From Orbicella franksi (taxonomy: Eukaryota), in contig OZ116707.1 of NCBI GenBank assembly GCA_964199315.1, forward strand, positions 4,898,001 to 4,962,000: DNA of 64,000 bases, in the 5' to 3' direction. Shown piece after piece: positions 23,345 through 36,344 of the stretch. A program made the translations under genes and the position numbers. The notes below the pieces were generated by a model. It ran no database searches and was not told the DNA's origin. It was given only the letters and a program-made list of their open reading frames with translations. The first letter of the stretch is position 1. The number at the start of each line of letters is the position of its first letter.

Positions 23345-24985
23345 AAAATGATTGACAGGCCTAGCACGACTCCCACTGTTTCGTGATAAACGGTCTTTGA
23401 CCTTTAGAGTTTAGCTCTAACAAGTATGTCTTTCAGAGATTTTCCTCTCCTGTAGGAGATGAAAGGAGGGTCTGTATATTTCTCTAAGCAGAGGTTGATC
23501 TCAGATTAAATGCCATTTGCTCATTAAAATGCTTTTAAGATTGGACACTGATGGGTTATATTGTGTGACAAAAGGCAATAATCTCTTTTGCAATTTTGAT
23601 TTCTGTTGTAGTGCTGACTTCCTGTTTTTAAATTCGATTTCTGCGAGGACTTTGTTGACCAGTTTCTCTGGATAGCCTCGAACACGCAAATTTGATCTGA
23701 AATTTTTGATCTTTTCTTCAAAACTTGTTTTTGAAGAGTTTGTTCTCAGAAGCCTAAGTGCTTCACCTTTTATAAAACCTTTTTTCACACCTGGAGCGTG
23801 ACAGGAAGAGAAATGCGTGTATTGAAATTTCTCAGTCGGCTTGAAGTGTGTGCAGATATCAAAGACTGAATCTTTGTTAAATCTCTCGCCTTTGAAGACA
23901 GTAGTGTCTAGGAAATTTATTTCCTTCTCTGATATTTCAGCCGTGAATTTAATGGTAGGATGGTGCCTGTTTGCTTCTGAAATAAACTGATCTATTTCCT
24001 CTCTGTTTGTGTTCCACAACGAGAACACGTCATCTATGTATCTCTTCCACTCAATGGGTTTTATCTTACTTTTACCAATAATTTTAGATTCTACTGCGGA
24101 CATAAAAATGTTCGTGAAAGCAACTGCCATTTTTGTCCCCATTGCGGTACCATGGGTTTGGAGATAGTTCCTTCCGTTGAAATGGAAGGAGTTCTCCTGA
24201 AGTATAAGTCTAAGCATGTTGCGGAGTGAATTTGTAGGAATGGGAGTGTTATTCTTATAGAAGTCTTCGTATGCTATGCATACAGTGTTTATCCCTTCCT
24301 CTTGGGGGATATTGGTGTACAGGCTGGTAACATCCATTGAAACTAGAATCGTATTTTGTTGGACTTTTGTCCTTTCTATAAAGTTAATGAAATCTGTGGT
24401 ATCTTTGAGGTACGATTTTTGCGCTTTGGCAATAGGCTGGAGGATGTGGTCTATAAATGATGATATAGGTTCTGTCGGACCTTCACAGCCCGAAATTATT
24501 GGTCTTCCAGTAAGAGTCGGTTTGTGAATCTTTGTTAGTGTGTAAAACACTGGTATGCGCGGTGGGTTAGGTGTTTGAGAAAGCCATTCTTTGGTCTTTG
24601 TGTCTATGTGACTTCCTAAATGGAGTTCATTAATTAAATCCTTGACCTTTTGTGAGGTCTCCTTCACCATTGGTGTTTCTAGGGGCATGTAGTTCTTTCT
24701 ATCATCAAGTTGAGTTTGCCCCTCTGTTATCTTATCTTGTTTGTTCATAATGACCGTTGTGGATCCTTTGTCTGCCTTTTTGATAACTATTTCTGTGTTA
24801 GATTTCAAATCTTTCTGTGCTATACGTTCTTGGTAAGGCAGGTTATTTCGTGGCTTAGTAATCTTGATCTCAGCGAGTTGTACTTTAATTTGTTCTAAAT
24901 ATGTTTCAAGTGCAACTGGGAAAATTAGGTTATCACTTTGACATGCATCCCGGCATTGAGAATGTCGTTTTTTCGGCATTTCAAG
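23345..24985 (-). mobile_element. Penelope-like element: RT ORF ending at VRAKL-stop with no GIY-YIG domain
   Basis: KADKGSTTVIM, GRPIIS, SMDVTSLYTNIP, GTAMG, WKRYIDD, HFSSCH and GEALRLLR. After a stop and frameshift near 23500 it reads ISYRRGKSLKDILVRAKL with the stop at 23404. Confidence 0.85.
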
Positions 24986-24994
24986 CTTCCCCAG

Positions 24995-25500
24995 TTCTTA
25001 AAAAGCAACAATCTTCTGCGGGAAGTATCGCGAACATAAAAGTCTTCGATTGTAACGCTCTGCAAGTTAAAAAGCGGCTCAGTCAAGGTGCTTTTGGCCA
25101 TGTGTAGACCACAGAATATGGAACTGAGGAAAATGTCAAAACAGTGGTTGTCAAGAAAATGTTGCATGTCCTTGACCAAGGCGAGAAGAAACTTTTCTTC
25201 AAAGAAGTTGCTCTTCTCAATAGACTTCTGCACCCCAACATTGTGAAACTGCTTGGAGTGTGCCATCAGCCGCTGGCGATAATGCTTGAATATGTTTACT
25301 TTGACTTCAAGCTGTTTGGTGTTGATGATTTGCGTGTCAGCTCGCTTTCTGATTTCTTGCTGCAAATTAATGATTACAACTGCAAAGGATTCCACGATGC
25401 AATTAATCATGCGACGGACTGGCGTATCTCCACGCAAAAGGAACTGCCCATAGAGACTTAAAACCAGCTAACATACTAGTGTGCAATCGTCACTACAACA
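24995..25500 (+). pseudogene. Protein kinase N-lobe and catalytic-loop remnant
   Basis: LSQGAFGHV (Gly loop, then an in-frame stop), VVVKK, FFKEVALL, HPNIVKLLGVC and IMLEYV. After a frameshift it reads [22 protein letters not shown]. No DFG follows. Confidence 0.85.
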
Positions 25501-26339
25501 CATTATCCGACGCACAGGAAACTTGATTCAAATCGATTAGCACAGAAGTTTAATTTTCGTAGTTCTGTTATTATGTCAGCTTTGCCAGCTATATATGAAA
25601 TACCAATAAATTGTTGCAGGAGCCCGTGGGCTCCTGATTGTTGTTGTTGTAGGGTTACCTTAAGTGCACCAATGTGAGCCCTATTAATTAAAGTAGCAAA
25701 AACATCTGAGCTGTGATCTCAGAACAAACATTATAACTCAAACTCTGACACATTTAAATTAACACTTAATCTAATGTAGGGACTGTTCATTTAACAAAAA
25801 TTTAAAGATAAGTCATCTTTTGACCTATGCAACAGCTTTCTCGAACAGCCATAACGGCACAAGCCTTTCAAATGTAAATGTGATCTGACACAAAATGAAG
25901 AGCCTGTTTTGTAAAAAGTCAAAGTAATAAGATTTTTTGTTTGTATGATGAGACTAAAATGAAATTCTCAAGTTTGGTGTATGACACTTTTGACATATAT
26001 CAAAACCGCAACAGTTAATTTCTGTAACTGTTGTTCATTTTGACACTTGGCCAATATATAATCGATTGCAAATATTGGTGATGAAATAAAATTGTCACTA
26101 AAACGTATATTTTTATACTGTTGGAATTTAATTGCATTACACAATTTGACACGTACCGATTGAGATAAAGTACCCATCAAGTTTGTCGCGTGCTCAGATG
26201 ACATTTTAATTTATGCGCTACAAAAATGAGAGCAATTTTATAGCCTAGTGTATAGTCTTTCCCTAAAGAAAAAAGGTTGTGGACCGGTGGGTCTTCATTT
26301 TAGACTGGTGGGTCTCTCTCCTCAAACAGGCTCTGTGAA

Positions 26340-27341
26340 GCTAATTACCTCAACAAAAGGCATTGTAAAGTATCTAGGCCATCTTGGACTCCAGTACAAA
26401 GCCTTTTCCTGTTCATATGAAACATCAGACTACCAAAACATTCCCTAAAACAAGCAATTGAGCTTCTAGAAAAACTTGACAGTTACTTGGAAGCAACAAC
26501 AGAAAAAGTGTTGTCTCATAGCAACGATGTCAACAATGCCAGCACAGGTAAACCAAGCGGTTCTCAAGGAACCATTTCAAATCAAACAAAGCATTTGGTC
26601 AACATGATCTTAAATGGACTGAAAGATCTGGAGGCGTTAGTTAAAGAACTTAATCCAAACTTCACCATTGATCTGTACTCTTGTCCGACAGTTCAGGTTG
26701 AAAACCTACACGCAGTTGGTCATTTCAAGGACCAGTTTCCTACCCTTTTGCAGTACGCACGGAATCTGGCAAATACCGTATACGAAAGCATTAAGCGTGT
26801 AGTATCCTGGAGTGCCCACTACTTCACACGCAATAAATCATATTATTCTGTGTTGTGCCAGAGCACTCCACTAAATTCCATTCCAATGCTGGAGCATCTT
26901 AAGGCACAAAGGGAGTTAAATAGGCAGGAAAAATACCTCATGACTGAGTGGGTGACAAATAATGGGAAGGCTGCATGACAGAGAAGTGTGAGGCAAGAGA
27001 AAACCATGTTCAAGGCCGGAACATTGCCGTTAAACATGTACAGAACATCAGACTATCCTAAAGATAAAGTCTCATTCAGCCCTAACACTGTTGAAGAGGA
27101 GGCCGTTACTTCTGCTACAACCATTTTGACTGTTATGCCTTCTACATTACACGAGGCCATTGAAGCTGGTCGAGTAGTAAAGGAAGCCGAGGAAGAAGAG
27201 GAGGAAGAGTATGACACCGACGCGGACGCTGAATATCCTATTGCAGACAATGACAAGGAAGATTCTTTAGACAATTTGTTCTTTCTTCAGGCAGTTACAG
27301 CACGAAGTGGACGAATGGTCAGAGTTGTCCATCCAGCATGA
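26340..27341 (+). pseudogene. C-terminal remnant of an unidentified protein, possibly a DDE transposase
   Basis: Near-continuous coding across 26487-27341 with one in-frame TGA (GKAA*QRSVRQEK) and an acidic tail. TVQVENLH resembles a third-acidic-residue helix. I cannot name the family. Confidence 0.4.
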
Positions 27342-27739
27342 TTTGCGAGAGACCCCCTGTATGACCCTCTCTTCATAAACAAAATTTGGATTTCTTAAGA
27401 TTTCAAGTGTAATGAAATAAACGGGGCTAAAATAAACATATCAATGTGTCATAAAGAATACTAAAAAATACAATGGTGAAAACCTCTTGTTTACTTCAAT
27501 GAAAATTAACTCAATGGTGAACGCATGGGAACAGTGTCCTTTGATGGGTCGACATTGTTGGAGGATATTCATGGCAAGCCAGAGAACGACGACTTTAAAA
27601 AACAAAATTTGAATTACTTTAGATTTCAAGTCTAATGAAACAATAAACAAGTCTAAAATAACTGTCAATGTGTAATAAAGAATACTGAAAAATACAGTAG
27701 TGAAGAACTTCTGTTTACTACAATGAAATCAAGAAAAAG

Positions 27740-28936
27740 AAATGCCGAGTACAGTGTTTGTGCTATTGACAATACCTTTTGTTATCAAAATAACTTTGCA
27801 TAGCTTGTCCTCATCTATGTCTTCTATGGTATCTGCTTCATTATTATCTTTGTTGTACTTTCTATAATAGCTTCCGGTGTGGAAGTGAACAATGACTACC
27901 ATGTGGTTTGGTCACCTTCTTTGACCGAAATACATGCTGTGGTAGTTTTCATAGAGTTCTTGATGAGAAATCATGACTGGCTGGTCATACACCTGAGCAT
28001 TGGAAAATTTTGCTGAAACTGGACCTTCTTGGAGCAAGTCATGCAGTTGTAGAACACCATTAAGTCTACGCTTTGAATGTTGTCACAGGTTATTTCATTT
28101 GTTTTGATTTCATCTTTAGCGTGTTTGATTTGTTGTTCAGAGATGTCCGGCAGGTTCTCAGTTAATTTGTTAAAGACAGTGTCTATTGCAGAGGATAAGT
28201 ATTTTTCGCCTTTAAACTGTCAAAGACAAATGTTATGGATTTCATAAAAGCCCCCTTCTGTACTTTCAATCTGGTTGTTCCAAATTGTGATTGGAATATT
28301 TCCAAATTCATCAACAAAGGGTCCTTCCCTTTTAATGAGATCAGTTTTTGTAGGGACGGGCTCTGCTCTTCAATCTCCAAAAAGAACCATACCAAGAACT
28401 GTGACACTTTGATAAACTTGAATATCCTCAAGATCTTTTGTGGTGACCACTGGAGTTTCGTTGTTATTGGTGTCACAACGAAAATCAATGTTCGCTTCGA
28501 AGGTATGGTTGATTTGCATAGCTACGTTCACCCAAATTACACCTTCTGTTGCATGGTAGGTATATTTGGTTAGTTTGCATGGTGTGCCACTTCCGGCTTT
28601 GGTTTCCACATTGGATTTGTGTTTCTGGGTGAAAAGCATAATGCTTTGGACTGTAAATGAGAAGTATTCGGATCCTTCTGCACTTTTTTTCACTGGGCCG
28701 ACATTATGAAGATAACCAACAATGGTTGGAGCTTTGTGGGGCTGAGTTGAGATTTTCTTTGGAAAAGAAGTTGAATTTGGTGCTGGCACTGCTGTTTTAG
28801 ATGGCTCAGTTGATCTTAAGATTGAACCGCTTGACAGGGCGCTTGACGGAGGTGAATGTGAAGGCACGTTATTACTTCTAGAAGAGTTAGCACCTGTATG
28901 GTTCCCGGATTTTTTGCAATATTTAATAACATACAA
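27740..28936 (-). pseudogene. RPA70-like multi-OB-fold ssDNA-binding protein remnant with zinc ribbon
   Basis: IVGYLHNVGPVKKS..EYFSFTVQ; VTVLGMVLF; then by manual translation FVDEFGNIPITIWNNQI..GFYEIHN and YNCMTCSKKV...LRC, with stops. Confidence 0.55.
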
Positions 28937-28939
28937 TTT

Positions 28940-29150
28940 ATATTCAGTAATTCATATCTTTGGTCAGTAATCATCATTTTATATTCAATGTGTCATATTT
29001 TTGTTCAGTAAACTCATTTTTAATTCATTGATTCATATTTTTATCCAGCAATCGTCATTTTATATTCAATGTGTCATATTTTTGTTCAGTAATACTCCTT
29101 TATTTTCACTGATTTTTATCTTATTCAGTAAATGATAATATATTCAACAC
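28940..29150. repeat. AT-rich internally duplicated repeat
   Basis: catttttatattcaatgtgtcatatttttgttcagtaa-like text occurs twice (~28975 and ~29056) among degenerate units. Confidence 0.75.
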
Positions 29151-29499
29151 TGTTTTGTTCAATAAAATTCCTAATTTTTGTGCACACGGTCAAAATTTTA
29201 TTCAACTCGTCCGATTTTTATTCAATAATTTCCGCTGTCCTATTGGTCAGCGGATAAATTTCGCACCCTTTTGAAATCACTTGACCTTCTGCTGTACCAA
29301 AGTGGTGGAGCATACTGAGCTGATGTTTACTGCAAAGGACATGGAAGAGACTGTTCAAAGAGGAATTCAGAGAGGTATCACTTCATTTAGAAGCAACAGT
29401 AAGTCTTCCCGCACTTTATTTTTCATTTCAGAGTATCTGGTGGAGAAAGCAAGAGCAGCTTTCATTTGTATTTAGCATATGTGCACCCAATCGAGAATG

Positions 29500-30483
29500 G
29501 TATTTTTTCTGAAAAGATGTCTTACTTTAACCGCATATTTGAGACTCCAAGGTGTTACATCAACTCCTTTACCTGGACGATCACTTGTAAGTGGGGCGAT
29601 CAGTTGAGTTAGGGACCTTCTGCAATCAAATATTGGAAGTGCCAGTAGCTCCTTAGAAGCATTAGTAACTCAGCAGCCAAAGCGTAGAAGAACTGGTCAT
29701 CATTACATTAAGAAGTCAGAGAAACAACCAGAACAAAAGACCTTAGAGGTTTCGGTCATTGACTTTATAGCTCGTGAAGAATTTGTTGATGAAAAGGGAA
29801 ACATCCCTCAAGTTGTTCCAGACCATAATTTAGGAAAGGAGGATATTCTATTTTGCAGAACTGTTGATCTTGACTAATAATAAGGAATATGCAATAAGAT
29901 CAAAGATAACTGAAGTATTGGCCAAACAAATTCCTGGTATATTGCCAGATGATTTTTTTTGTTAAAGTGTCCAGGAAGCAAAGTGTCCAGGGGCACAAAT
30001 GGGATTTCCCTAAAGTCAAGACTATAGCTGGGCAGGGTAAGCTGTATGTTTGCCTGCAAAAGCCAAAAGTTCTAATTGGTGTGGAAAAACCATCAACATT
30101 GAGTGACGTTCCATCTACTTGTGCATTGTCTGTTCCTGAGTCTGCACCAGATGTATAACCATTAGATGAATGTTCTGCAGGAGGCAACATGTCTGCATCC
30201 TCACTGTGTGACCCTCAGCCATCAACCTCAACTGGCAGAGTCTCATCAAGCACCATCAAAGTAGGTCCTCCCAGTATCAGTAACGGAGGAACAGGATCGC
30301 AATCTGCAGCTGTCAACATCTTGACCTGCAACCAGTCTCTTGATGAGGATGAGCAGAAAGACATAGAAAAGCTCCAAACAATATTTCCTGATAAAGATGA
30401 GTCATACCTCTCTGATATTAGAAGAAACAACATCACTCTTAATCACACAATTGATGATATACTTGGCATTGAAGCTCTTGAAG
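29500..30483 (+). pseudogene. N-terminal exon of a second HECT-family-like gene (GQGKLYV motif plus CUE-like domain)
   Basis: KWDFPKVKTIAGQGKLYVCL matches the KLLAKQGPIYIR motif of the first gene. IEKLQTIFPDKDESYL...TIDDIL is CUE-like. The exon ends at a gttggt donor. No HECT exon was found downstream. Confidence 0.5.
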
Positions 30484-31885
30484 GTTGGTTTTTAGATAAA
30501 GTAAATGTGCTGATAAGATAACTCTTAGAACCTTACTCATGGTACAGCCCACATAGATATCATGCTGTACTATTGAACAAATTTGTTCTGAACAATTAAG
30601 GTGGAGCTGTACAGAATCTGTTATTATAGTTAGAAATTTAAAATTAACTTGTTATGGCTAATAAAATTATTTACCCGAACATCATGATATAGTTAACTTA
30701 AAAGGTGAAAACAATAACATCTGTTAAAATCTGGTAACTGTGGATATGTAAAAGAATACCAGTGAAGTGCAGTCGATGTAAATGGTGGGTTTGCCTTTTT
30801 GAAGTTGGGTAGATTATCAAGTCAAAAAATAATTTAGAAATTGCTTGCAGCTGTAATATTCTTGATATTTCTTTCATGGTCAAGTATTTCCAGTGATAAG
30901 GATTGGTTGTTGATAAGGATTATTTCATTTGCAACATAACGTTACACGCATTTGTATTTCTTACTGTATGTGTTTTCTTTTAATTCTCAGTTCCAATAGC
31001 CCTTTTCACAGTTCCCGGTGCCATCTTGGAATAGCAACCGCACAAACACCACATCGAGGCTAACGTTGAGTCGTATGTTGCATTTGGTGTAATTTGTACA
31101 GGAAACGACGCCTTCGCTTTTATTCGCTTTCGTTCGCATGTGTTCAAAGTTTTTTGGATAATGAACAACGGAAATAATAACCTAGATACTCCTCCGTCGA
31201 CTTTGAAGAAGAAAAGAGGAAAACATTGCGCTGTGTTTGGCTGCAACAACAGCTATTATGATGACAGAGGCCTATTCGCAGGTCATCATTTCTTCCAGTT
31301 TCCAACTGACCCCAAGCACAGAAATCGATGGTGTGACCTTTTAAAGAGGCAGCATGGAAAGGACGGGTTTAAGGTGACTGGTGCGACTGTAGTTTGCTCA
31401 GAACATTTTCGACAAGAAGACATTTTACGAAAACTGGGAGGCTGCTGTTACTTAAAGACAGGTTTGTAATAAAATACATGCATGCCCATAACAAAATATC
31501 ATATTTCATTACTCCTACATTTGGCTTAATTTTTTCATTCATACTTGTCTTTGCAAAGTTTAATTTGACGAGAAGACTGTAAAGCTTTTGAATAATGATG
31601 TTTACTGTTCACATGAAAGATCCTGAAATATTATAGTTTTAAAGTTACAGTATTGTATAGCAGTGAATATAAACTGTAAATAAACTGAAGCCAATTATTA
31701 TAGTTGATATTATTCATAATTGAAATTATCCTTTCACTGAGTTCATCGGCACTGTATCATTTATATTGTCATTATTTTTACAGGTTTTTATTTTTGATGA
31801 TAACCTTCATTTTTGAGTTATTTTTTTGTAAAAAAAAATACCTCTTAGTCGGCGCGTCGGGGTATGTTATGGACGGGTCAATGGA

Positions 31886-31917
31886 TGAGCGAGTGAGTGA
31901 GTGAGTGAGTGAGTGAG
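31886..31917. repeat. (GAGT)n microsatellite
   Basis: Read directly from the sequence. Confidence 0.95.
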
Positions 31918-32179
31918 AGATGTATGTATCTCACACCAATCAGATTGGATCTACTATAAACAGCCAATCAAATTTCTTGTAAAGGTAAATGGTATGCGAG
32001 AAGATCTGATCCCAATACAGTTTAGCACGGCCATATTTATTCTTCTATAAAGGAGGAGGAAGTATTCATATATTGGGCTTACTTCGACATTTTCTGTGGG
32101 TTAGGCTGAGGAGTTAAGTTATGAACGAGATCAGCCTTGAGTTTTGAAACAGTTCACGAGCTAGTAGTATGCGAATGGC

Positions 32180-32600
32180 ACGAGATATTTTTATTTTTAG
32201 TTACAAAGGTAACTTGATACTTTTCTTTTTTACAAGGAGTAAATTCAATTAGAGGTCACGAATAGTCACTTCTAGTTCTAAGGACACGTTTTAGAGGAGA
32301 TGAGACTTTCGATTTGAAACAGTTCTAATGTTTACAATAGTAAGTGCAGGTAACGATTGTTTTGTTCTTGTTGCATGCAAATATAACGAGATATTTTTAT
32401 TTTTTAGTAACAAAGGGTAATTCGACACTCTTGTTTTTCACAAGGGAGTAAATTCAATTAGAGCTGACGAATCGTCACCACTTGTTCCCACGAGATGTTT
32501 GCTATCTTTAGTTACAAATGGTAACTCAAAACTTTTCTTTTTTATATGGGAGTAAATTTAATTAGAGCTGACAAGTTATCGACTATTGTTCCCAGGATAT
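32180..32600. repeat. Three diverged copies of an AT-rich unit in the transposase intron
   Basis: tttag(t)tacaaa.ggtaa...ttttt...aaggagtaaatt.aattagag recurs at ~32195, ~32403 and ~32508. Confidence 0.8.
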
Positions 32601-35449
32601 TAAATGAAAAAGAAGCTTTCATTTCTGGATGGTTTTTACGTCTCTGCAGTAGCAGTTTAACATTTTTATTTGATGCGCATTTTATGACTTTCTGCTAAAG
32701 GTAAAAAGTATCAAAACTGCTCAAATGTTCCTTGAAGACTGCGTGGCAGCAAGTTAAAGTGCAATTTAATTAAATCAGACTTTCAACGTGTCAGAGAGGT
32801 TTTTTTCCCTTTTTTTCAATTTTCGGTGAAGTATAGTGTTGTTGTGTTGTGTTGTGTTGTGTAAAAAGGGTAAACTTACGACTTGTATAAAATGCGAAAA
32901 GTTCTCTTAACTTGAGTATTTTTGAGCAAAAAATACTCTTGGGGGTTGGAAGGGCTATGTGATCGGCGAGTGAGTTATGCATGTGCGCGTGTCACACAAA
33001 TCACAGTGTGGGTTGCATCAAAGAACGAATCAAATTGCCCGTTAGAAAATAAGATAGTATCTACATTCATCTGGAGACGTGTCAGATTGCTGTAGTTTGT
33101 TCAGTCAAACATTTTATGGCTTACTATTTAGTTATCTTATCATTACCCATGTAACATCGTATGTACAGCATAAATTCCCAGTTTCTTTCTTGCTGTACAT
33201 CGCAAACGAAAAAACTTGTCAAATTAACCCAACCATTACTGTAAACAGTTCCATGATTGCTCCTATCTCCGAGACTTCACAAAAAAATAACTCTTGCACG
33301 CCTTGCGTGCCTATGTTTATTTTAAGGTGCCGAGCCATCCCAGTTTGAATGGACTTCAAAGAAAACTTCACGAAAAGCTCCTGCTAAATGAATGCAAAGC
33401 AGAACTGTTTCTACAGAGGAAATGGATGTGTCAGATTCCATGGAAGGGTCACTCAATATGCATGTACCACTTGAAACAGTTTCAGCTGTCACTGAACAAG
33501 GTTCAACCTCATGTACTGATAATCTGGAATCAGCAGGATCTCCTGATGTTGATATTATTACAGAGCTGCAGCAGAAGATCACAGTATTGGAACTAAAGCT
33601 AGGTGATTGTGAAGAAGAGTTGACCAAAGTGAAAAATGAAAATGAGTTTTTGCTAGGGCGGCAATTTTCCCTAAACAAAATAAAGGATGATGATTCAGCG
33701 ATTTTATTTTATACTGGCTTTCCATCATATCAGGCACTGATCAATTTCTATAAGTTTATTGAGCCAAAACTGGGGAAGATGCAGTACTGGAAAGGAGAGC
33801 AGTTTGTGAAAGAGAGTCAGCCTTATCAAGAAGATGAAAATCGGAAAAAGCCTGGACCCTCCAGGAAATTAACATTTCTCAATGAATTTCTGTTAGTATT
33901 AATGCGACTGAAGGCTGGCCTGTTTGTTCAGGATTTGGCTGACAGATTTGGTATAAGCATCAGCCTTGTTTCAAGGATTTGCATTACCTGGATAAATCTG
34001 TTGTACTTTGAGCTTCAGAGTATTTTCCCTTTCCCTACCCAAGAGTTGGCACGCAAAAACATGCCGGCAGAGTTTGCAGAATTTTTTACAACCAGAATCA
34101 TTTTGGACTGTACTGAGATTTTTATTCAGCGGCCGTCTGCAATGCTCGCACAGTCTGAAACTTGGTCCGATTATAAACACCATAATACTTGGAAGCTTCT
34201 TGTTGGAGTTACGCCAAATGGCCAAGTCACGTTTCTTTCTGACCTCTGGGGTGGACGTGTACCCGATAAACAAATTACCCATGAAAGTGGAGTGCTTGAT
34301 TTATTAGATAGTGGTGACAATGTTATGGTTGACCGTGGTTTTGACATAAAGGACATTGTGCCTGATGGTGTCACCGTCAATATGCCACCATTTTTAGGAG
34401 GACGGGATCAAATGACTGCAGCTGAGACAAGAAACTATGAACATTGCCTCTGTGTGAATATATGTGGAAAGGGCAATTGGTAAAATTAAAACTTACCATA
34501 TTTTAGACGGTAACCTCCCAAACACATTAAGCCCATGTGCAGCACAGATTGCAACAGTATGTGGGCTATTAACAGACTTTCTTCCTCCTTTACTACAACC
34601 TGCCAAACCAAATTCCTAGTTTGTATTGTGACTATCCAGATTGAAGAATTTTGTTATAGCTTCGGCTAATAACGGTTATTGTCTAAGTGAAGTCCAGTTT
34701 TGTCTGTAATCATACAGATGGTAGCATAGCAAAAGTCTGATTAACTTTGTTTAAATCACAAGTATCAGTATGATTACAGACAGAATTGGCCGACACAAAG
34801 TCCTTTTACCATTATTAATCAAAACAGAATTTAAGAAAGATGGTAAGCATCAATTCAATGTTGTGGCGGTGTACAGTGGATGAATAGAAGGTTAATATTT
34901 ATTTCAACAAACTGTCAAATCATCACCTAATAACAAATTACAACATGTAGTTCTTACTTAATAATAATAATAATCTAATTGTAATATAATCTAATTGTGT
35001 AAAATTTAATTGTAGTTCCAAGAAAAACATCAACACCCCCACCCCTCTTGAAATTTTAATTATGCTTCATACATTTCTTTCTTTTTTGTCTTTTTAACCA
35101 CCCCCCCCCCCACCCTTCTTGCCCAGGTACATTAGGGAGTGAGTATTAATAAATGGGTGTATTCATGCATAAAAGGCAAAAAAGTCAATAATTATAACCT
35201 GATGTCACCCACCATGGGAAATTCAAAATAATCCAACTTTCAACTTAATTCAACTGTATTCTGTGAAAATACAGATAGGGAATAACAGAGAGACAGTGCA
35301 AGTGCAAATTCATCCCTGCACTGCCATGTATTTACATCATAAGTGTATTTTTGGGTAACATTGACTTTGCATTTTTACATAAATGAAATAGTAATGATGG
35401 TAATAATAAATTAATAAATTTACTGCCCAGTAATACATCAAACTTTAGC

Positions 35450-36341
35450 TTATGCTTGTCTCTGAAATTCCATTTTCAAGCCAGCCCTTGTGCAGTGATA
35501 TTGACCATAGGCCAGCCAGCCACCATGCAGGTAGAGAATCTTTCCCTGTTGTACTCGTTTGGTAAGAAGCTCAGGGAAAAGTGCCCTTCTGTAGAAGAAG
35601 TCAATCTTGGGCAGAAAGTCACTGGACCAAGTATTGTCTAAGCAAATCTTCTCCAGAAATAGTGGCCTATCCTCTCCAAAGTACACTGTGAGAATAATAC
35701 CTTTCAGATCCAAGTTAGAACAGTAGAGCTGCCCTTGAATTTGAATATAGTAGTCATGATTTCTTTTTAAGCGTTACAGTTCCATCAGAAAGTTTCTCCA
35801 GAAAAAAGGTTTTATTTTTGCATGCCTCTTCAATAGTCATGCCAGCTTTGCTTAAGGGGGATTTAATTTCCATTCCCCATTTTTCTTGTGTGTGCGTGAA
35901 GGTGACAATTCTGTCTATGCTGGCTCCTAGGTATGGTTTGTCCTTAGACACCATTAGCCCAACTTCCTCAATTGTGACATCAATCCCAGCTGTTCGCATT
36001 TCCCTAATATATAAGTTCACTGCCTTTGGTTCACTTTCAATGCCATATTGAACAGCATCTGTTGTGAAGTTTGAATAGAGAATTGATTTTACCTTATTTG
36101 AGGGTTCCACTTTAGTCTTGGCAGCTTTTCCAAAATTTGAGGCTGGCAAGAGAGGTTTCCTTTTTTCAAACCAAAGATTGTTTTGGTTTTGTCCACGCGT
36201 CAATCTTTCCGTTTCCTGGATCTCTTCCTGGGTGATAGTTAAGTTAGAGATGTGTTCATCAACCATAGATTTAATTTCGGGTTGACCTTCGTGCGTTTTA
36301 GCTGCTGTAGGAAATACAGGCGTGTTGTGGTCTTTTTGCAA
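35450..36341 (-). pseudogene. YqaJ/lambda-exonuclease-like ORF, C-terminal part
   Basis: TRGQ..N.LWF..RK..L.ASNF, YGIESE, YLGASID and MEIKSP. After a frameshift it reads HDYYIQIQGQL...FFYRRALFPELL. Confidence 0.85.
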
Positions 36342-36344
36342 ATG

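Larger units (their letters stand above)
31158..34620 (+). pseudogene. THAP plus HTH plus DDE_Tnp_4-type transposase, two exons
   Basis: Exon 1 THAP: HCAVFGCNN...FPTD...W...VCSEHF. Exon 2 from ~33328: LVLMRLKAG, DLADRFGIS, ILDCTEIF, YKHHNTWK, GVTPNG, GGRVPD and MVDRGF. After a frameshift near 34430 it reads RIYVERAIGKIK. Confidence 0.9.
30998..36341 (+). mobile_element. ISL2EU/Harbinger-like DNA transposon (THAP-DDE transposase converging on a YqaJ exonuclease)
   Basis: Two convergent ORFs typical of ISL2EU. Candidate left end at|agcccttttcacag at ~30998. No matching right end was found. Confidence 0.75.

Noticed and set aside
23280-23420. Hammerhead ribozyme at the Penelope-like 3' end
   Set aside because: GAAAC is present, but there is no CUGANGA core in a compatible position.
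24925-25437. 170-aa minus-strand ORF
   Set aside because: It is the antisense shadow of the kinase remnant.
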